Of a stretch of DNA of 64,000 nt, positions 1 through 9,792 are shown piece by piece. The stretch covers positions 128,001 to 192,000 of the forward strand of contig JBPOFY010000001.1 in NCBI GenBank assembly GCA_051252375.1, read 5' to 3'. A program made the translations under genes and the position numbers. Below the pieces are notes generated by a model, which saw only the letters and a list, made by a program, of their open reading frames with translations, was not told the origin of the DNA and ran no database searches. Numbering within the stretch: the first letter of the stretch is position 1; the number at the start of each line of letters is the position of its first letter. Source of the DNA: Opitutaceae bacterium. Lineage in GTDB: Bacteria; Verrucomicrobiota; Verrucomicrobiia; Opitutales; Coraliomargaritaceae.

Positions 1-210
1 ATCGATGAAATCGCACCCGACGAAGACACTTCCAACATCAAGCCCGAGGTGAATCTTCGCGATCAAATGGACCTCGATTCCATGGATTTCCTCGACATCG
101 TGATGGAGTTGCGCAAACAGCATAACATCGAAGTGCCAGAGGAAGATTATCCAAAGCTAGCTTCTCTCGACAGTTGCGCCGAATACTTGACTCCCAAGTT
201 CAACGCTTAA
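1..210 (+). CDS. Acyl carrier protein, 5'-truncated by window edge
   Basis: Frame 1 translated by hand: IDEIAPDEDTSNIKPEVNLRDQMDLDSMDFLDIVMELRKQHNIEVPEEDYPKLASLDSCAEYLTPKFNA*; LDSMD phosphopantetheine-site motif, acidic; TAA at 208-210. Confidence 0.9.
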   Translation: MDEIAPDEDTSNIKPEVNLRDQMDLDSMDFLDIVMELRKQHNIEVPEEDYPKLASLDSCAEYLTPKFNA

Positions 211-238
211 TTTTCAGTGGCACCCGCCGCACACACAC

Positions 239-261
239 GTAGCACAGGCATCCTGCCTGTG
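239..261 (+). repeat. Single GTAG-type REP-like palindrome
   Basis: GTAG followed by perfect 8-bp stem CACAGGCA-TCC-TGCCTGTG, intergenic. Confidence 0.7.
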
Positions 262-299
262 TTTCGTTGTATCTGGAGCAGTCAAACCACACAACCGCG

Positions 300-1811
300 A
301 TGAAACCCAACGAGCTCGACAATCAACACTTCGAAACCGTGATCATCGGCGCGGGCATGGCTGGGCTCGCAGCGGGCATACGCCTCGCGCTCGCAGGTAA
401 GAACGTCATCATACTGGAGCGGCACAACGCTTCCGGCGGGCTCAACTCCTTTTACAGCCAAGCAGGCCGCAAGTTCGACGTCGGTCTGCACGCCATGACG
501 AACTATGTCCCCAAGGGCACGAAAGGCACGCCCCTCACCAAGCTGCTACGCCAACTTCGCATCCCATACGATGCGCTCGACCTCTGCCCGCAGAACGGCT
601 CACGCATCGCCTTTCCCGGCTGCGACCTTGGCTTCACCAACGACTTCAGCTTCTTCGAAAGCGAAGTCGCCCGTGCCTTCCCAAAACAAATCGATAGCTT
701 TCGCGCCCTCGCTGAAGAAGTCCGCACACTCGACGCCTTCAACCTCGGCGCGATCCCGACCTCTGCTCGCGAAGCGGTGCAGCGCCACATTAGCGATCCG
801 CTCCTAGAAGACATGATCTTCTGCCCCGTCATGTATTACGGCAGTGCTGAAGAGCACGACATGGACTACGGCCAATTCGCGATCATGTTTCGATCCCTGT
901 TCTTCGAAGGCTTTGCCCGCCCACTCGACGGCGTGCGCGTGATCATCAAACTCCTTCAGGATAAATACCGCTCCCTCGGCGGCATCCGCAAAATGAAGTG
1001 CGGTATTCAAAAAATCCATACATCCGGCGGCAAAGCGTCTGCCATCGAGCTGGATAACGGCGCCACCATCACCGCTGACAAAATCATTTCCACCGCCGGA
1101 GCCGTCGAAACCGCCCGTCTCTGCGAAGATCAACCCGCCGACGCTGCAGCGGACAACATAGGTCAGCTCAGTTTCACCGAAACCATCACCGCTTTCGACC
1201 AACAACCTGCGGACTTCGGCTGGAACGACACCATCATCTTTTTCAATACCGCTGAGCGCTTTCGCTATGCCCGCGTTGATGATGCACTCGTCGACCCGAC
1301 CAGCGGCGTGATTTGTTTCCCGAACAATTACCAATACGGCGAAGGCCGCCAACTCGATGAAGGCTTCCTCCGCGTCACAGCGATGGCCAACCACGACAAA
1401 TGGTGCGCCCTCAATGAAGACGACTATCTCGCCCAGAAAGCCTACTGGTATGACGAACTACAGAAGGTCACCCTAGGTCTACTGCCGCACCCTAAGGGTA
1501 GGAACGCCCGCCCTCAGGCGTCCGCAACAAACGACGGACGGCTAGAGGCAGCCGTCCCTACCCTGCAATCTGCAATAGATATCATTGCACAACATCGAAT
1601 CGCCAGCGACATGTTCACCCCACGCACAGTGCGTAAGTATACAGGGCACCTAAACGGTGCGATTTATGGCGCTCCCAATAAAATTAAAGACGGTCGCACG
1701 CATTTGGATAACCTCTACCTTGCCGGCACGGACCAAGGGTTCCTTGGCATCGTTGGCGCCATGCTCAGCGGCATCTCGATGGCCAACTTGCACGTGTTGC
1801 AGGGCGACTAG
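300..1811 (+). CDS. FAD/NAD(P)-dependent oxidoreductase, phytoene desaturase (CrtI)-like family
   Basis: N-terminal IIGAGMAGL..LER..SGG and FDVGLH; C-terminal TPRT..KYT..GAIYG and NLYLAGT..GIVGAMLSG; ATG 300 preferred to TTG 267. Confidence 0.85.
   Translation: MKPNELDNQHFETVIIGAGMAGLAAGIRLALAGKNVIILERHNASGGLNSFYSQAGRKFDVGLHAMTNYVPKGTKGTPLTKLLRQLRIPYDALDLCPQNGSRIAFPGCDLGFTNDFSFFESEVARAFPKQIDSFRALAEEVRTLDAFNLGAIPTSAREAVQRHISDPLLEDMIFCPVMYYGSAEEHDMDYGQFAIMFRSLFFEGFARPLDGVRVIIKLLQDKYRSLGGIRKMKCGIQKIHTSGGKASAIELDNGATITADKIISTAGAVETARLCEDQPADAAADNIGQLSFTETITAFDQQPADFGWNDTIIFFNTAERFRYARVDDALVDPTSGVICFPNNYQYGEGRQLDEGFLRVTAMANHDKWCALNEDDYLAQKAYWYDELQKVTLGLLPHPKGRNARPQASATNDGRLEAAVPTLQSAIDIIAQHRIASDMFTPRTVRKYTGHLNGAIYGAPNKIKDGRTHLDNLYLAGTDQGFLGIVGAMLSGISMANLHVLQGD
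1495..1564. repeat. Inverted REP doublet (REPIN-like) inside the oxidoreductase CDS
   Basis: AGGGTAGGAACGCCCGCCCTCAGGCGTCCG..CGGACGGCTAGAGGCAGCCGTCCCTACCCT; the two arms are approximate reverse complements, each carrying GTAG and an internal hairpin. Confidence 0.75.
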
Positions 1812-1892
1812 AGCCTGCTGGCAGATACCTGACTGGTATTATTCGGTCTTCTGTATTTGACCAATCTGGGTTCGCGCGCTTATTGCTGCCAC

Positions 1893-2309
1893 ATGACACA
1901 AGCACCCATTTCCGCCTATCAAGCAACTCAAGGCATGCTCTACTTCGCGCGCATGCTGGATAAGATCCGCAAGCATACTAAAGACAACTTGCGTGAGGAT
2001 TTCCATGGACACCTCGGCGTAGGTTTGGACGGACGCTGCTGCAGCTTTCTACGAGTCGACTACAAGAAATTGACCGAGGAAACACTGAAAGGAGGCAGCG
2101 ACGAATCGCTACTTGAGTGGTGCTACGAGAATGGTCGCAGACTCGATGAAAACGACATTCTAATTTGGAACCACTTCCTCACCAAACTGGGCTGGAACGA
2201 TCACGTAACCGATTTAGTCACAGAACGTAAAGCGGAGAGCGGTCTATCAGACCGCAACGACATCGTCACGATGGTCGAATACTTCGAATACGACGAAGGC
2301 CGTAAATAA
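1893..2309 (+). CDS. DUF5069-like protein
   Basis: GMLYFARMLDKIR..G.GLDGRCCSFL.VDY..GGSDE..LEW..EYDEGR pattern; ATG 1893. Confidence 0.75.
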   Translation: MTQAPISAYQATQGMLYFARMLDKIRKHTKDNLREDFHGHLGVGLDGRCCSFLRVDYKKLTEETLKGGSDESLLEWCYENGRRLDENDILIWNHFLTKLGWNDHVTDLVTERKAESGLSDRNDIVTMVEYFEYDEGRK

Positions 2310-2310
2310 A

Positions 2311-2649
2311 TCAGCCTGGAGGCCAAGATAGCGAACGCCCTCCTAACACATGCACGTGCATGTGGGGCACGGTTTCGCCACCGTCTTCTCCATTGTTGAT
2401 CACTGCGCGAAAGCCACCCTCTAGATTGAGCTTCTTTGCTACGACGGCGGCCGTGAGCAAGAGATGACCGAGCGTAGCTTGATCTGCGTCAGTCGCTTCG
2501 GCCACACGCGGAATAACTTTCTTTGGGATGACCAAAAAATGAGTCGGCGCTTGCGGGTCGATATCGTGGATGACGATGCAATGCTCGTCTTCGTGCTCGA
2601 TCTTCGCTGGGATTTCCCGAGCGATGATTTTTTCGAAGAGCGTAGACAT
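2311..2649 (-). CDS. hinT: Histidine triad (HIT) nucleotide-binding protein
   Basis: TLFEKIIAREIPA, DIDPQAPTHFLVIPK, HMHVHVLGGR, WPPG C-terminus; ATG 2649. Confidence 0.93.
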   Translation of the reverse strand: MSTLFEKIIAREIPAKIEHEDEHCIVIHDIDPQAPTHFLVIPKKVIPRVAEATDADQATLGHLLLTAAVVAKKLNLEGGFRAVINNGEDGGETVPHMHVHVLGGRSLSWPPG

Positions 2650-2656
2650 ACTTGGA

Positions 2657-3136
2657 CTACGGGTTCTGGGATTTGAAGTGATCGACGAACTCAGCCATGA
2701 GCTCACGGAGCTCGGCTTTGATACCATCAATCTCATTGCTGCTACCGCCATGGCTGCCGGAGCGGCGCAATTCAAATGTAGTCGCGATGGTCTTTTCCTT
2801 ATTACGATCAATCGTGACAAAGTCTTTAACCCGCAGGACGAGCGTGTAGTCAGTTGCGCCGTTACCAGAAGTATCGACAGACAATTCAACCAGAGGAACA
2901 TTCGTCATCGGCTGATTCGCAATCAGAGGGCGCAACATGATGCCTCCTCGACGCAGTTGCAGCTCCATGATATCTGTTAAATCCAAACGCTCAGCCAATT
3001 TAACATCGGAGGCTAAGCCGGTATCCACATTCATATAGAGGAAATTGATGCCTTTTAGATGGCTAACATTGTCAGCTGCAGTGGAGGCCAGCTGAAATAG
3101 AACAAGGAATGGAAGAATGAAGAATATTGGGCGCAT
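2657..3136 (-). CDS. Hypothetical exported protein
   Basis: 159-aa ORF with signal-peptide-like N-terminus (MRPIFFILPFLVLFQLASTAA); ends 7 bp before hinT. Confidence 0.7.
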   Translation of the reverse strand: MRPIFFILPFLVLFQLASTAADNVSHLKGINFLYMNVDTGLASDVKLAERLDLTDIMELQLRRGGIMLRPLIANQPMTNVPLVELSVDTSGNGATDYTLVLRVKDFVTIDRNKEKTIATTFELRRSGSHGGSSNEIDGIKAELRELMAEFVDHFKSQNP

Positions 3137-3364
3137 ACTTTTCTAATGGTTGATGTGAAACTTTGAGGTTACACGATTGCTTCTAATCGCAAGCGCTAGA
3201 CTACTTAAGCACTGATCTATAACAAGTCCGAAAGCGTGGTAACACATTAATCGCTCAAATGCTAATAGCAGACTTAAGGAGAACAGTATGCCCCTAAGGA
3301 GCAGATAAACAGTTGCCCGGAACTCGCTAACGTAAATAAAACAGGTCTACTCGCACTTAAAAAG

Positions 3365-3841
3365 TTATAAAACCACCACTTGCAGCTGCGCACCTCGCGT
3401 GACCCAAGCACACGCGAGGTCGTCCACCCAAGTGCGAACTCGGTCATATTGAGCCTGGCGTTTTTTGGTCCAATAACTGCCCTCAGGGCAAACCGTTTCA
3501 CGCAGGCCAGTGACGAGGAGGAGCGACTGGCGGCGACCCGCCAGTTTTTTCATTTCAGTGACGATCGCTTGGCGGATCCAAAGCGGGCTAAAGTCTTCCA
3601 AGGTGGGCACATGCCAGTGCGCAAAAGCGAGCTCGCTGGTAGCCTCATCGCCGAGGTGCAGCTTGGCTAACTTATCAGCACAATCGCGCAAGCAGAGCTT
3701 GATGTCATGGTCAACTTCTTCGCGGCTGAAAAACTCTAATGCGCGTCGTGCATTTTCGGCGCGTTCGGGATCGGAAGCACTGGCGCGAGCCAACACTTCA
3801 TTGAGTGTCCGCAACTGATCGACGGGATCACTTTTTACCAT
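3365..3841 (-). CDS. Hypothetical protein
   Basis: 158-aa ORF whose start overlaps the nrdR 3' end on the same strand. Confidence 0.7.
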   Translation of the reverse strand: MVKSDPVDQLRTLNEVLARASASDPERAENARRALEFFSREEVDHDIKLCLRDCADKLAKLHLGDEATSELAFAHWHVPTLEDFSPLWIRQAIVTEMKKLAGRRQSLLLVTGLRETVCPEGSYWTKKRQAQYDRVRTWVDDLACAWVTRGAQLQVVVL

Positions 3842-4298
3842 TTTCGGTCGATGCTTTTAGATCGAGTATTTCCTGCGCGAGCTCACCGAGATCGCGGAAG
3901 TCTTTATAAACAGATGCGTATCGAACGTAGGCGATTTGATCGAGGTGCTTGAGTCGCAGCATGATTTGCTCGCCGACCGCCTGAGAGGGAATCTCATGGT
4001 CGTATTCCTTTTCCAATGAGGCCAAGACATCTGCTATCAGCATCTCGATCTGCATAACATCAATTGGGCGTTTTTCGACGGCTTTCTTCAAACCGCCGAG
4101 CATCTTACTACGATCGAAATCTTCGCGGCGACCATCGCGTTTGACCACTTGAAGATCCGCACGAAGCACTTCTTCGATTGTGGTGAAGCGATATTCGCAG
4201 TCGAGGCATTCACGGCGACGGCGAATCGAGGTTTCGTTTTTACCAGTTCGTGTGTCGAGAACCTTGGTCTCTAGGGAAGTGCATTTAGGGCAACGCAT
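3828..4298 (-). CDS. nrdR: Transcriptional repressor NrdR
   Basis: [30 protein letters not shown]n ribbon; ATP cone [24 protein letters not shown]. Confidence 0.97.
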   Translation of the reverse strand: MRCPKCTSLETKVLDTRTGKNETSIRRRRECLDCEYRFTTIEEVLRADLQVVKRDGRREDFDRSKMLGGLKKAVEKRPIDVMQIEMLIADVLASLEKEYDHEIPSQAVGEQIMLRLKHLDQIAYVRYASVYKDFRDLGELAQEILDLKASTENGKK

Positions 4299-4311
4299 GT
4301 TTGTTCGGGAG

Positions 4312-4875
4312 TTACAATTTAAGGAAGTTTTCGAGCATCTTCATGCCGTCTTGAGTGGCCAGCGACTCAGGGTGAAATTGAACGCCCCAGACTGGGAGAT
4401 CTTTATGGGCGAGACCCATGATCTCCCCCTCTTCAGTTTCGGCGGTTATTTCGAGGCAATCCGGCAAGGTGGCGCGCTCAACTAGAAGCGAGTGGTAGCG
4501 AGTGGCTTCCATCGGGTTGGGCATGCCCTTAAAGATATCGGTGTCGCGGTGCTTCACTGGTGATGTTTTACCATGCATGAGCCGATCCGCACGGACGATC
4601 TTACCGCCGAAGTGTTGCCCAATGCTTTGATGCCCGAGGCATACGCCGAGCAGGGGTTTCTTCCCCGCAAAGGCTGCAATCATTTCTAGACTCACGCCAG
4701 CCTCGTTCGGCGAACATGGTCCAGGAGAAATCATGACGCGGTCAGGATTGAGCTCAAGGGCTTCCTCAACCGTGATCGCGTTGTTGCGATAGACCTGTTG
4801 CTCCACTCCAAGCTGTCCAAAATATTGAACCAGATTGTAGGTGAAAGAGTCGAAATTATCGATGACTAGCAGCAT
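4312..4875 (-). CDS. trpG: Anthranilate/aminodeoxychorismate synthase component II (glutamine amidotransferase)
   Basis: [38 protein letters not shown]; TrpG and PabA cannot be separated by eye. Confidence 0.9.
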   Translation of the reverse strand: MLLVIDNFDSFTYNLVQYFGQLGVEQQVYRNNAITVEEALELNPDRVMISPGPCSPNEAGVSLEMIAAFAGKKPLLGVCLGHQSIGQHFGGKIVRADRLMHGKTSPVKHRDTDIFKGMPNPMEATRYHSLLVERATLPDCLEITAETEEGEIMGLAHKDLPVWGVQFHPESLATQDGMKMLENFLKL

Positions 4876-4884
4876 GGAATTAAA

Positions 4885-4912
4885 TGGCTAATTGCTAATG
4901 AATTATGGCTAA
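4885..4912. repeat. 4 x 7-bp degenerate tandem repeat
   Basis: TGGCTAA TTGCTAA TGAATTA TGGCTAA. Confidence 0.75.
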
Positions 4913-4945
4913 GAACACACACCCAACATTGAACGTCGATGTATA

Positions 4946-4975
4946 TTTCAGTTTTCAGATTTTTAGATTTTCAGC
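4946..4975. repeat. 8-bp degenerate tandem repeat overlapping the trpB stop
   Basis: TTTCAG TTTTCAGA TTTTTAGA TTTTCAGC. Confidence 0.7.
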
Positions 4976-6193
4976 ATTTCCCAAGACCCGTGCGGCTTCT
5001 TGGACGTCTTTATCGCCACGACCACTGAGGTTGCCGATAATGATTTGATCGGAGGACATTTCACGGGCGCGCTTCATAGTGTAAGCGAGGCCGTGTGATG
5101 ATTCTAATGCGGGGACGATGCCTTCGATCGCGCAAAGAGCCTTAAACGCATCGAGCGCTTCGGCGTCGGTGGCATAACCAAAGTCGATACGCCCGGCGTC
5201 TTTATAATACGCGTGCTCTGGTCCGACTGCAGCGTAATCGAGACCGGCAGATACGGAGTGCGTGAGGTCGATTTGACCGTCTTCGTTTTGCAAGATCCAA
5301 GTCTTCGCGCCTTGAAGAACACCGAGCTTGCCGCCTTCAAAACGTGCAGCGTGATGCCCACGCTTGATTTCGCGGCCTCCGGCTTCGACACCAGTGAGGT
5401 TGACTTCGAGGTCTTTCAAAAAGGCAAAGAAAATACCGATCGCATTCGAACCACCACCGACACAGGCAGCAACTTCGTCGGGCAAGCGACCTTCTTTTTC
5501 TATAATCTGACGGCGACATTCTTCGCCAATGACACGATGGAAATCACGCACCATCATCGGGAACGGATGCGAACCGAGCGCAGAACCAATGATGTAGTGC
5601 GTGGTGCGCACGTTGGTGACCCAGTCGCGCATGGCTTCGTTGACAGCTTCTTTGAGCGTGCGTTGACCCGCAGTGACGGCACGCACTTCGGCGCCACAGA
5701 GACGCATACGATAAACGTTCAGTGCCTGGCGACGCATATCCTCTTCGCCCATGTAAATAACACACTCGAAGCCCATCTTGGCACACATCGCAGCAGTCGC
5801 GATGCCGTGCTGCCCCGCTCCGGTCTCGGCAATGATGCGATTCTTGCCCATGCGCTTGGCGAGCAAGGCTTGACCGAGGGCGTTGTTGATTTTGTGCGCT
5901 CCGGTGTGGAGCAAGTCTTCGCGCTTGAGGTAGATTTTAGCTCCGCCGCAGTGCTCAGTCAGGCGATCTGCGAAATAGAGATTGGTCGGGCGTCCAGCAA
6001 ATTCACGTAACTGGAAATCGAGCTCTTTGAGAAACTCAGGGTCTTTTCGGGCAGCATGATAGGCCTCTGTCAGCTCGAAGAGCGGGGTCATCAAAGTTTC
6101 CGGCACATACATGCCACCATAAGGGCCGAAGTGACCACGCTCGTCAGGTAAATTGACGGGATCGACTTCAAGTGCTGGTTTTGCGGATTGCAT
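4955..6193 (-). CDS. trpB: Tryptophan synthase beta chain
   Basis: [16 protein letters not shown] (PLP lysine), [36 protein letters not shown] 6193. Confidence 0.97.
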   Translation of the reverse strand: MQSAKPALEVDPVNLPDERGHFGPYGGMYVPETLMTPLFELTEAYHAARKDPEFLKELDFQLREFAGRPTNLYFADRLTEHCGGAKIYLKREDLLHTGAHKINNALGQALLAKRMGKNRIIAETGAGQHGIATAAMCAKMGFECVIYMGEEDMRRQALNVYRMRLCGAEVRAVTAGQRTLKEAVNEAMRDWVTNVRTTHYIIGSALGSHPFPMMVRDFHRVIGEECRRQIIEKEGRLPDEVAACVGGGSNAIGIFFAFLKDLEVNLTGVEAGGREIKRGHHAARFEGGKLGVLQGAKTWILQNEDGQIDLTHSVSAGLDYAAVGPEHAYYKDAGRIDFGYATDAEALDAFKALCAIEGIVPALESSHGLAYTMKRAREMSSDQIIIGNLSGRGDKDVQEAARVLGNAENLKI

Positions 6194-6273
6194 AGGTAGA
6201 ATACGGTTGCGTGTGACTGGCTTTGTCAAGCTGGCAGTCCTTTTGGCTGGCGCCTTAGATCACACTCTAAAAA

Positions 6274-7020
6274 TCAGGATAAGCGCGCTTCGAACGCAGC
6301 GATGTCTTCTGGCGTATCGATGCCAATGGTCGGCTGGTCGGTGATACCGACATGGATCCGGTAGCCGTGCTCCATGGCGCGGAGTTGCTCGAGCTTTTCG
6401 ATATTTTCCAAAAATCCGGGTTCTAAGGTCGAAAAAGCACTGAGGAAATCGGCTTTGTAGGCGTAGAGCCCAAGATGACGGTAACACTGATGAGCGGACA
6501 ACCAATCAGCATCGACCTCCCCCGCCTGATCTCGCGCATAAGGGATCGGTGAGCGTGAGAAATACAAGGCATAGTCAAAGCGGTCGCGCACGACTTTGAC
6601 TTGATTGGGATTCGCAAAGTCTTCGGCTCGGTCAAACGGAATAGCGAGGGTGGACATCGCGGCCTCCCCTTCGAGCCCTTTGGCGAGGGCACGGATCTGC
6701 TCGCCGGTCACGAGGGGCTCATCGCCCTGCACGTTGATGACGGAAGGCGCACCGACAATCGCATTGGCCTCGGCCAAGCGGTCGGTGCCACTTGGATGAT
6801 CGGGCCGAGTGCGAACCACGGCAAAACCTGCCGCATCAAGGCACTGCTCAAGTGCATCGTCATCCACTGCAAAATACAGCGGAAACTCTGGTGCCACCGC
6901 GCGGATACGCTCAGCAGTCCAGAGTATGATCGGCTTGCCACGAACGCAGTGCAGTAGCTTTTGCGGGAACCGAGTCGATGCCAGTCTGGCAGGAACAATA
7001 ATGGAGGGGGTCTTTGACAT
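6274..7020 (-). CDS. kdsB: 3-deoxy-manno-octulosonate cytidylyltransferase
   Basis: [53 protein letters not shown]. Confidence 0.96.
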   Translation of the reverse strand: MSKTPSIIVPARLASTRFPQKLLHCVRGKPIILWTAERIRAVAPEFPLYFAVDDDALEQCLDAAGFAVVRTRPDHPSGTDRLAEANAIVGAPSVINVQGDEPLVTGEQIRALAKGLEGEAAMSTLAIPFDRAEDFANPNQVKVVRDRFDYALYFSRSPIPYARDQAGEVDADWLSAHQCYRHLGLYAYKADFLSAFSTLEPGFLENIEKLEQLRAMEHGYRIHVGITDQPTIGIDTPEDIAAFEARLS

Positions 7021-7050
7021 TTGATCGACAATCATCATCAAAGATCAGCA

Positions 7051-7371
7051 ATGAACAAGGAAATCAGTGCCTCAGAAGCCGCAATTTTACGTGAAAACGA
7101 CCCCGAAGTGGTTTTTCTAGATGTCAGGGAAGACTCCGAGCTGGAGATTTGCCGGATTGAGGGCGCACTACACATCCCGATGGGACTCATCCCGGAACGC
7201 ATTGAAGCACTGCCTAAAGATGGCAAACTCGTTGTCCTCTGCCACCACGGCATGCGCAGCCTCAATGTTGTTCAATACCTAGAAGCCAGAGGCCACACGA
7301 ATGCGATCAATATGAGTGGCGGCATTCACGCTTGGTCGGTTGATGTCGATCCGGGGTTACGCTGCTACTAA
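7051..7371 (+). CDS. Rhodanese-like domain protein
   Basis: LDVRE..E, HIPM, CHHGMRS active-site loop, GGIHAW. Confidence 0.92.
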   Translation: MNKEISASEAAILRENDPEVVFLDVREDSELEICRIEGALHIPMGLIPERIEALPKDGKLVVLCHHGMRSLNVVQYLEARGHTNAINMSGGIHAWSVDVDPGLRCY

Positions 7372-7381
7372 TGCAGCACCT

Positions 7382-9772
7382 TTATTTCGTCTCCATCCGA
7401 TAGGCACCATCCCAGCCCTCGGGAACACCGCTTTGAAGGAAAGAGCGACAGCGCTGCGCGATGACCGCTGATGGCGTCGTAGGGCCATAGCTACGTGAAG
7501 GCTCCAGCGGCTCCGACTGCTCAAGGCATGCGAGTGCTGAAGACCAATCTCCTTTGAAATAGTGCTGCAAGCCAGCCTCGTAATGCTCCTTGCACTTCGC
7601 TGCCTCAACTAAATCCATACTACCATCCCAAAGCTCAAACACTTCAACTGGCTTAGACCGTCCTTTCACGATGATGCGGTCCAATTTTCGATATTCTAAA
7701 TCAGGACAGACAGCTAACGCAGCCTGTAAGGTCACATCTGTCACCATGGTATAAATGCCATAAGTCTTCGCCCCGCTTTCGCAGCGAGCGGCTAAGTTCA
7801 CAGAGTCACCCATCATGGTGTAATTAAACCGGACACTACTCCCCATGTTGCCGATAACCGCATGCCCGGTATTCAACCCAATCCGTGTGCGCATCTGTAG
7901 AATCGCCTCGGGCCACTTGCCAGAAGCAGTCCATTGCTCACGCAAGACAGCATGTCGCTCTTGCATCCGTTGAGCGGCAATACAGGCACGTGCGGCGTGG
8001 TCCACCAAAGGAAGCGGCATGCCAAACATCGTCACGATTGCATCGCCAATATACTTATCCAGCGTCCCTCCTTCGACCTGAAGCGCATCTGTCATCGCAC
8101 CGAGATATTCGTTCATAAGTGCAACCAATTGATCCGGCGGCAACTCCTCGGAAAGCGCGGAAAAGCCCTCCACATCAGAAAACAAAGCGGTTATCTCCGC
8201 TTCAGTACCGCCCAATTCCGGGTCGCGCTGCGCTTCGACCATCTCATCAACCAACTCAGGCGAAACGTAAGCACCAAAAAGTGTTTTTATACGGCGCTTC
8301 TGCCACTCTTCGGTGCCGAGTTTAAGCAAGATTACGCCAAATGCGGCAGTCACACTGGCTCCGATCGGTGCGATTAAAGGCAACACCAAATGCCATGCAC
8401 TAAAAGCGACAAAAACAAAAATAGCATAACCGAGGACCAATATAATCGACCCGAATCGAGTGAACGATCGACCCCTCCCGCCCCAAACCGCGAACACCGC
8501 AACAGTGACAGCTAATATCGCCATCACCCCAAGGCCTTGAAAGACGTTCACCTGCGACACGTATGCCTCATCTGACAATGTGCGAAACAAGTTCGCGTGC
8601 AAACTCACCTTCGGAACAGGCTCACGATCATAGGGAGTCGGCGCGATATCTTTTAGTTGAGGATCCACTGGTCCGACGAAAATGACCTTATCTTTAAAAC
8701 GCTCAAACCACTGTTCCTGTTCAATTACCGCGGCGACATCGCCCGCTTTCGCGGCCTGACTCAATGCCGAGGCTCTCTCGCGCACGGTTTGCATGCTATA
8801 ATGCTCAGTCGGTCCAACAATGTCCCAGCCCTCAAACCAATTGACCTCAATTGATTGCTGCCCCACCAGTGGCACACGTCTAAAAACTTCACCTTCCTTG
8901 TAAATCACAAGTTCGTCAGCAGAGATTTCCACGTCATCCCCCTTCAACCCGTGAGCTGCCAAAAACAACTCCAAGCCCAGCGAATACAAAGTATGCTCCG
9001 ACTCGCGCGGAATTTGGTGCGGGGACCAGCCATCTTTATCAATAAGCGTAAAGTTCTGCTCATCTTCGACGACCTGAGGTTCGTTCAACACATCATACAG
9101 TTGATTCCGCATTCCAAACATCAAAATACGCGAATAAAGTTCCCCTTCGACATCAACAAAACCGACCACCCAGCGTGGGATCACTCCGCGCCCAAGAGTT
9201 TCATCGACATTCGCTAAGCCCAATCGCCCCACACCCCAATCAATGATTGGATAACTAGGTGATTCAGGAAAAGTATTCGTCCGCGGATCATCGAACCCCA
9301 TCCGAATTAACGGCACTATATCCGCACCCGTCGTGCCCGTATAGGCCGCAGCTAATACGACATTATCTCGATACTTACTGACGGCGTGCCCAAGCGCGAT
9401 ATCGCCCGCCCGCGCACGCTCTAAGTCCAACAAGGAGCCATGCCCAATCTGTGAAAAAATGATATCGACGCCGACCGCCCTTGCTTGACCAGGTCCTAAT
9501 AGCGCATGCAGCAACACGGCAAAATTTGCACGGTCCCAAGGTCGCGCACCCATCGATCCGACCGAATCGGCATCCAAATCCACATAGACAATCGGTGCGC
9601 TCGAAGCTCGCTCTCCACGCGCAAGATAACGCCAACGCATGGCTTCTTGCTCCAAGCCATCCAACAGACCGGATACGGTCAATATACCCCATAGTAATAT
9701 CGAACCAAGAATGATCCCGATATAATATAAACTATGCTGTAGGCGGTTCACGATGGAATCAAACTGTGCCAA
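7382..9772 (-). CDS. CHASE2-domain class III adenylate/guanylate cyclase
   Basis: N-terminal TM, PWDR/GVDIIF/HANL CHASE2 motifs, 3 TMs, then FSDVEGF, DKYIGDAIV, RIGLNTG, GDSVNLAARCE, VKGR; TTG start uncertain. Confidence 0.92.
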   Translation of the reverse strand: MAQFDSIVNRLQHSLYYIGIILGSILLWGILTVSGLLDGLEQEAMRWRYLARGERASSAPIVYVDLDADSVGSMGARPWDRANFAVLLHALLGPGQARAVGVDIIFSQIGHGSLLDLERARAGDIALGHAVSKYRDNVVLAAAYTGTTGADIVPLIRMGFDDPRTNTFPESPSYPIIDWGVGRLGLANVDETLGRGVIPRWVVGFVDVEGELYSRILMFGMRNQLYDVLNEPQVVEDEQNFTLIDKDGWSPHQIPRESEHTLYSLGLELFLAAHGLKGDDVEISADELVIYKEGEVFRRVPLVGQQSIEVNWFEGWDIVGPTEHYSMQTVRERASALSQAAKAGDVAAVIEQEQWFERFKDKVIFVGPVDPQLKDIAPTPYDREPVPKVSLHANLFRTLSDEAYVSQVNVFQGLGVMAILAVTVAVFAVWGGRGRSFTRFGSIILVLGYAIFVFVAFSAWHLVLPLIAPIGASVTAAFGVILLKLGTEEWQKRRIKTLFGAYVSPELVDEMVEAQRDPELGGTEAEITALFSDVEGFSALSEELPPDQLVALMNEYLGAMTDALQVEGGTLDKYIGDAIVTMFGMPLPLVDHAARACIAAQRMQERHAVLREQWTASGKWPEAILQMRTRIGLNTGHAVIGNMGSSVRFNYTMMGDSVNLAARCESGAKTYGIYTMVTDVTLQAALAVCPDLEYRKLDRIIVKGRSKPVEVFELWDGSMDLVEAAKCKEHYEAGLQHYFKGDWSSALACLEQSEPLEPSRSYGPTTPSAVIAQRCRSFLQSGVPEGWDGAYRMETK

Positions 9773-9792
9773 TCAACAACAAATGCCAAGCC

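Noticed and set aside
3275..3308. TAAGGAG followed by a mini-ORF MPLRSR* on + in a 228-bp intergenic region
   Set aside because: Only six codons, opposite to both neighbours, with no recognisable RNA family or promoter; compatible with chance.
5213..6010. Long antisense ORFs (265 aa over trpB; also 53106-53852 over the helicase)
   Set aside because: Shadow frames of strongly conserved genes with no protein motifs.
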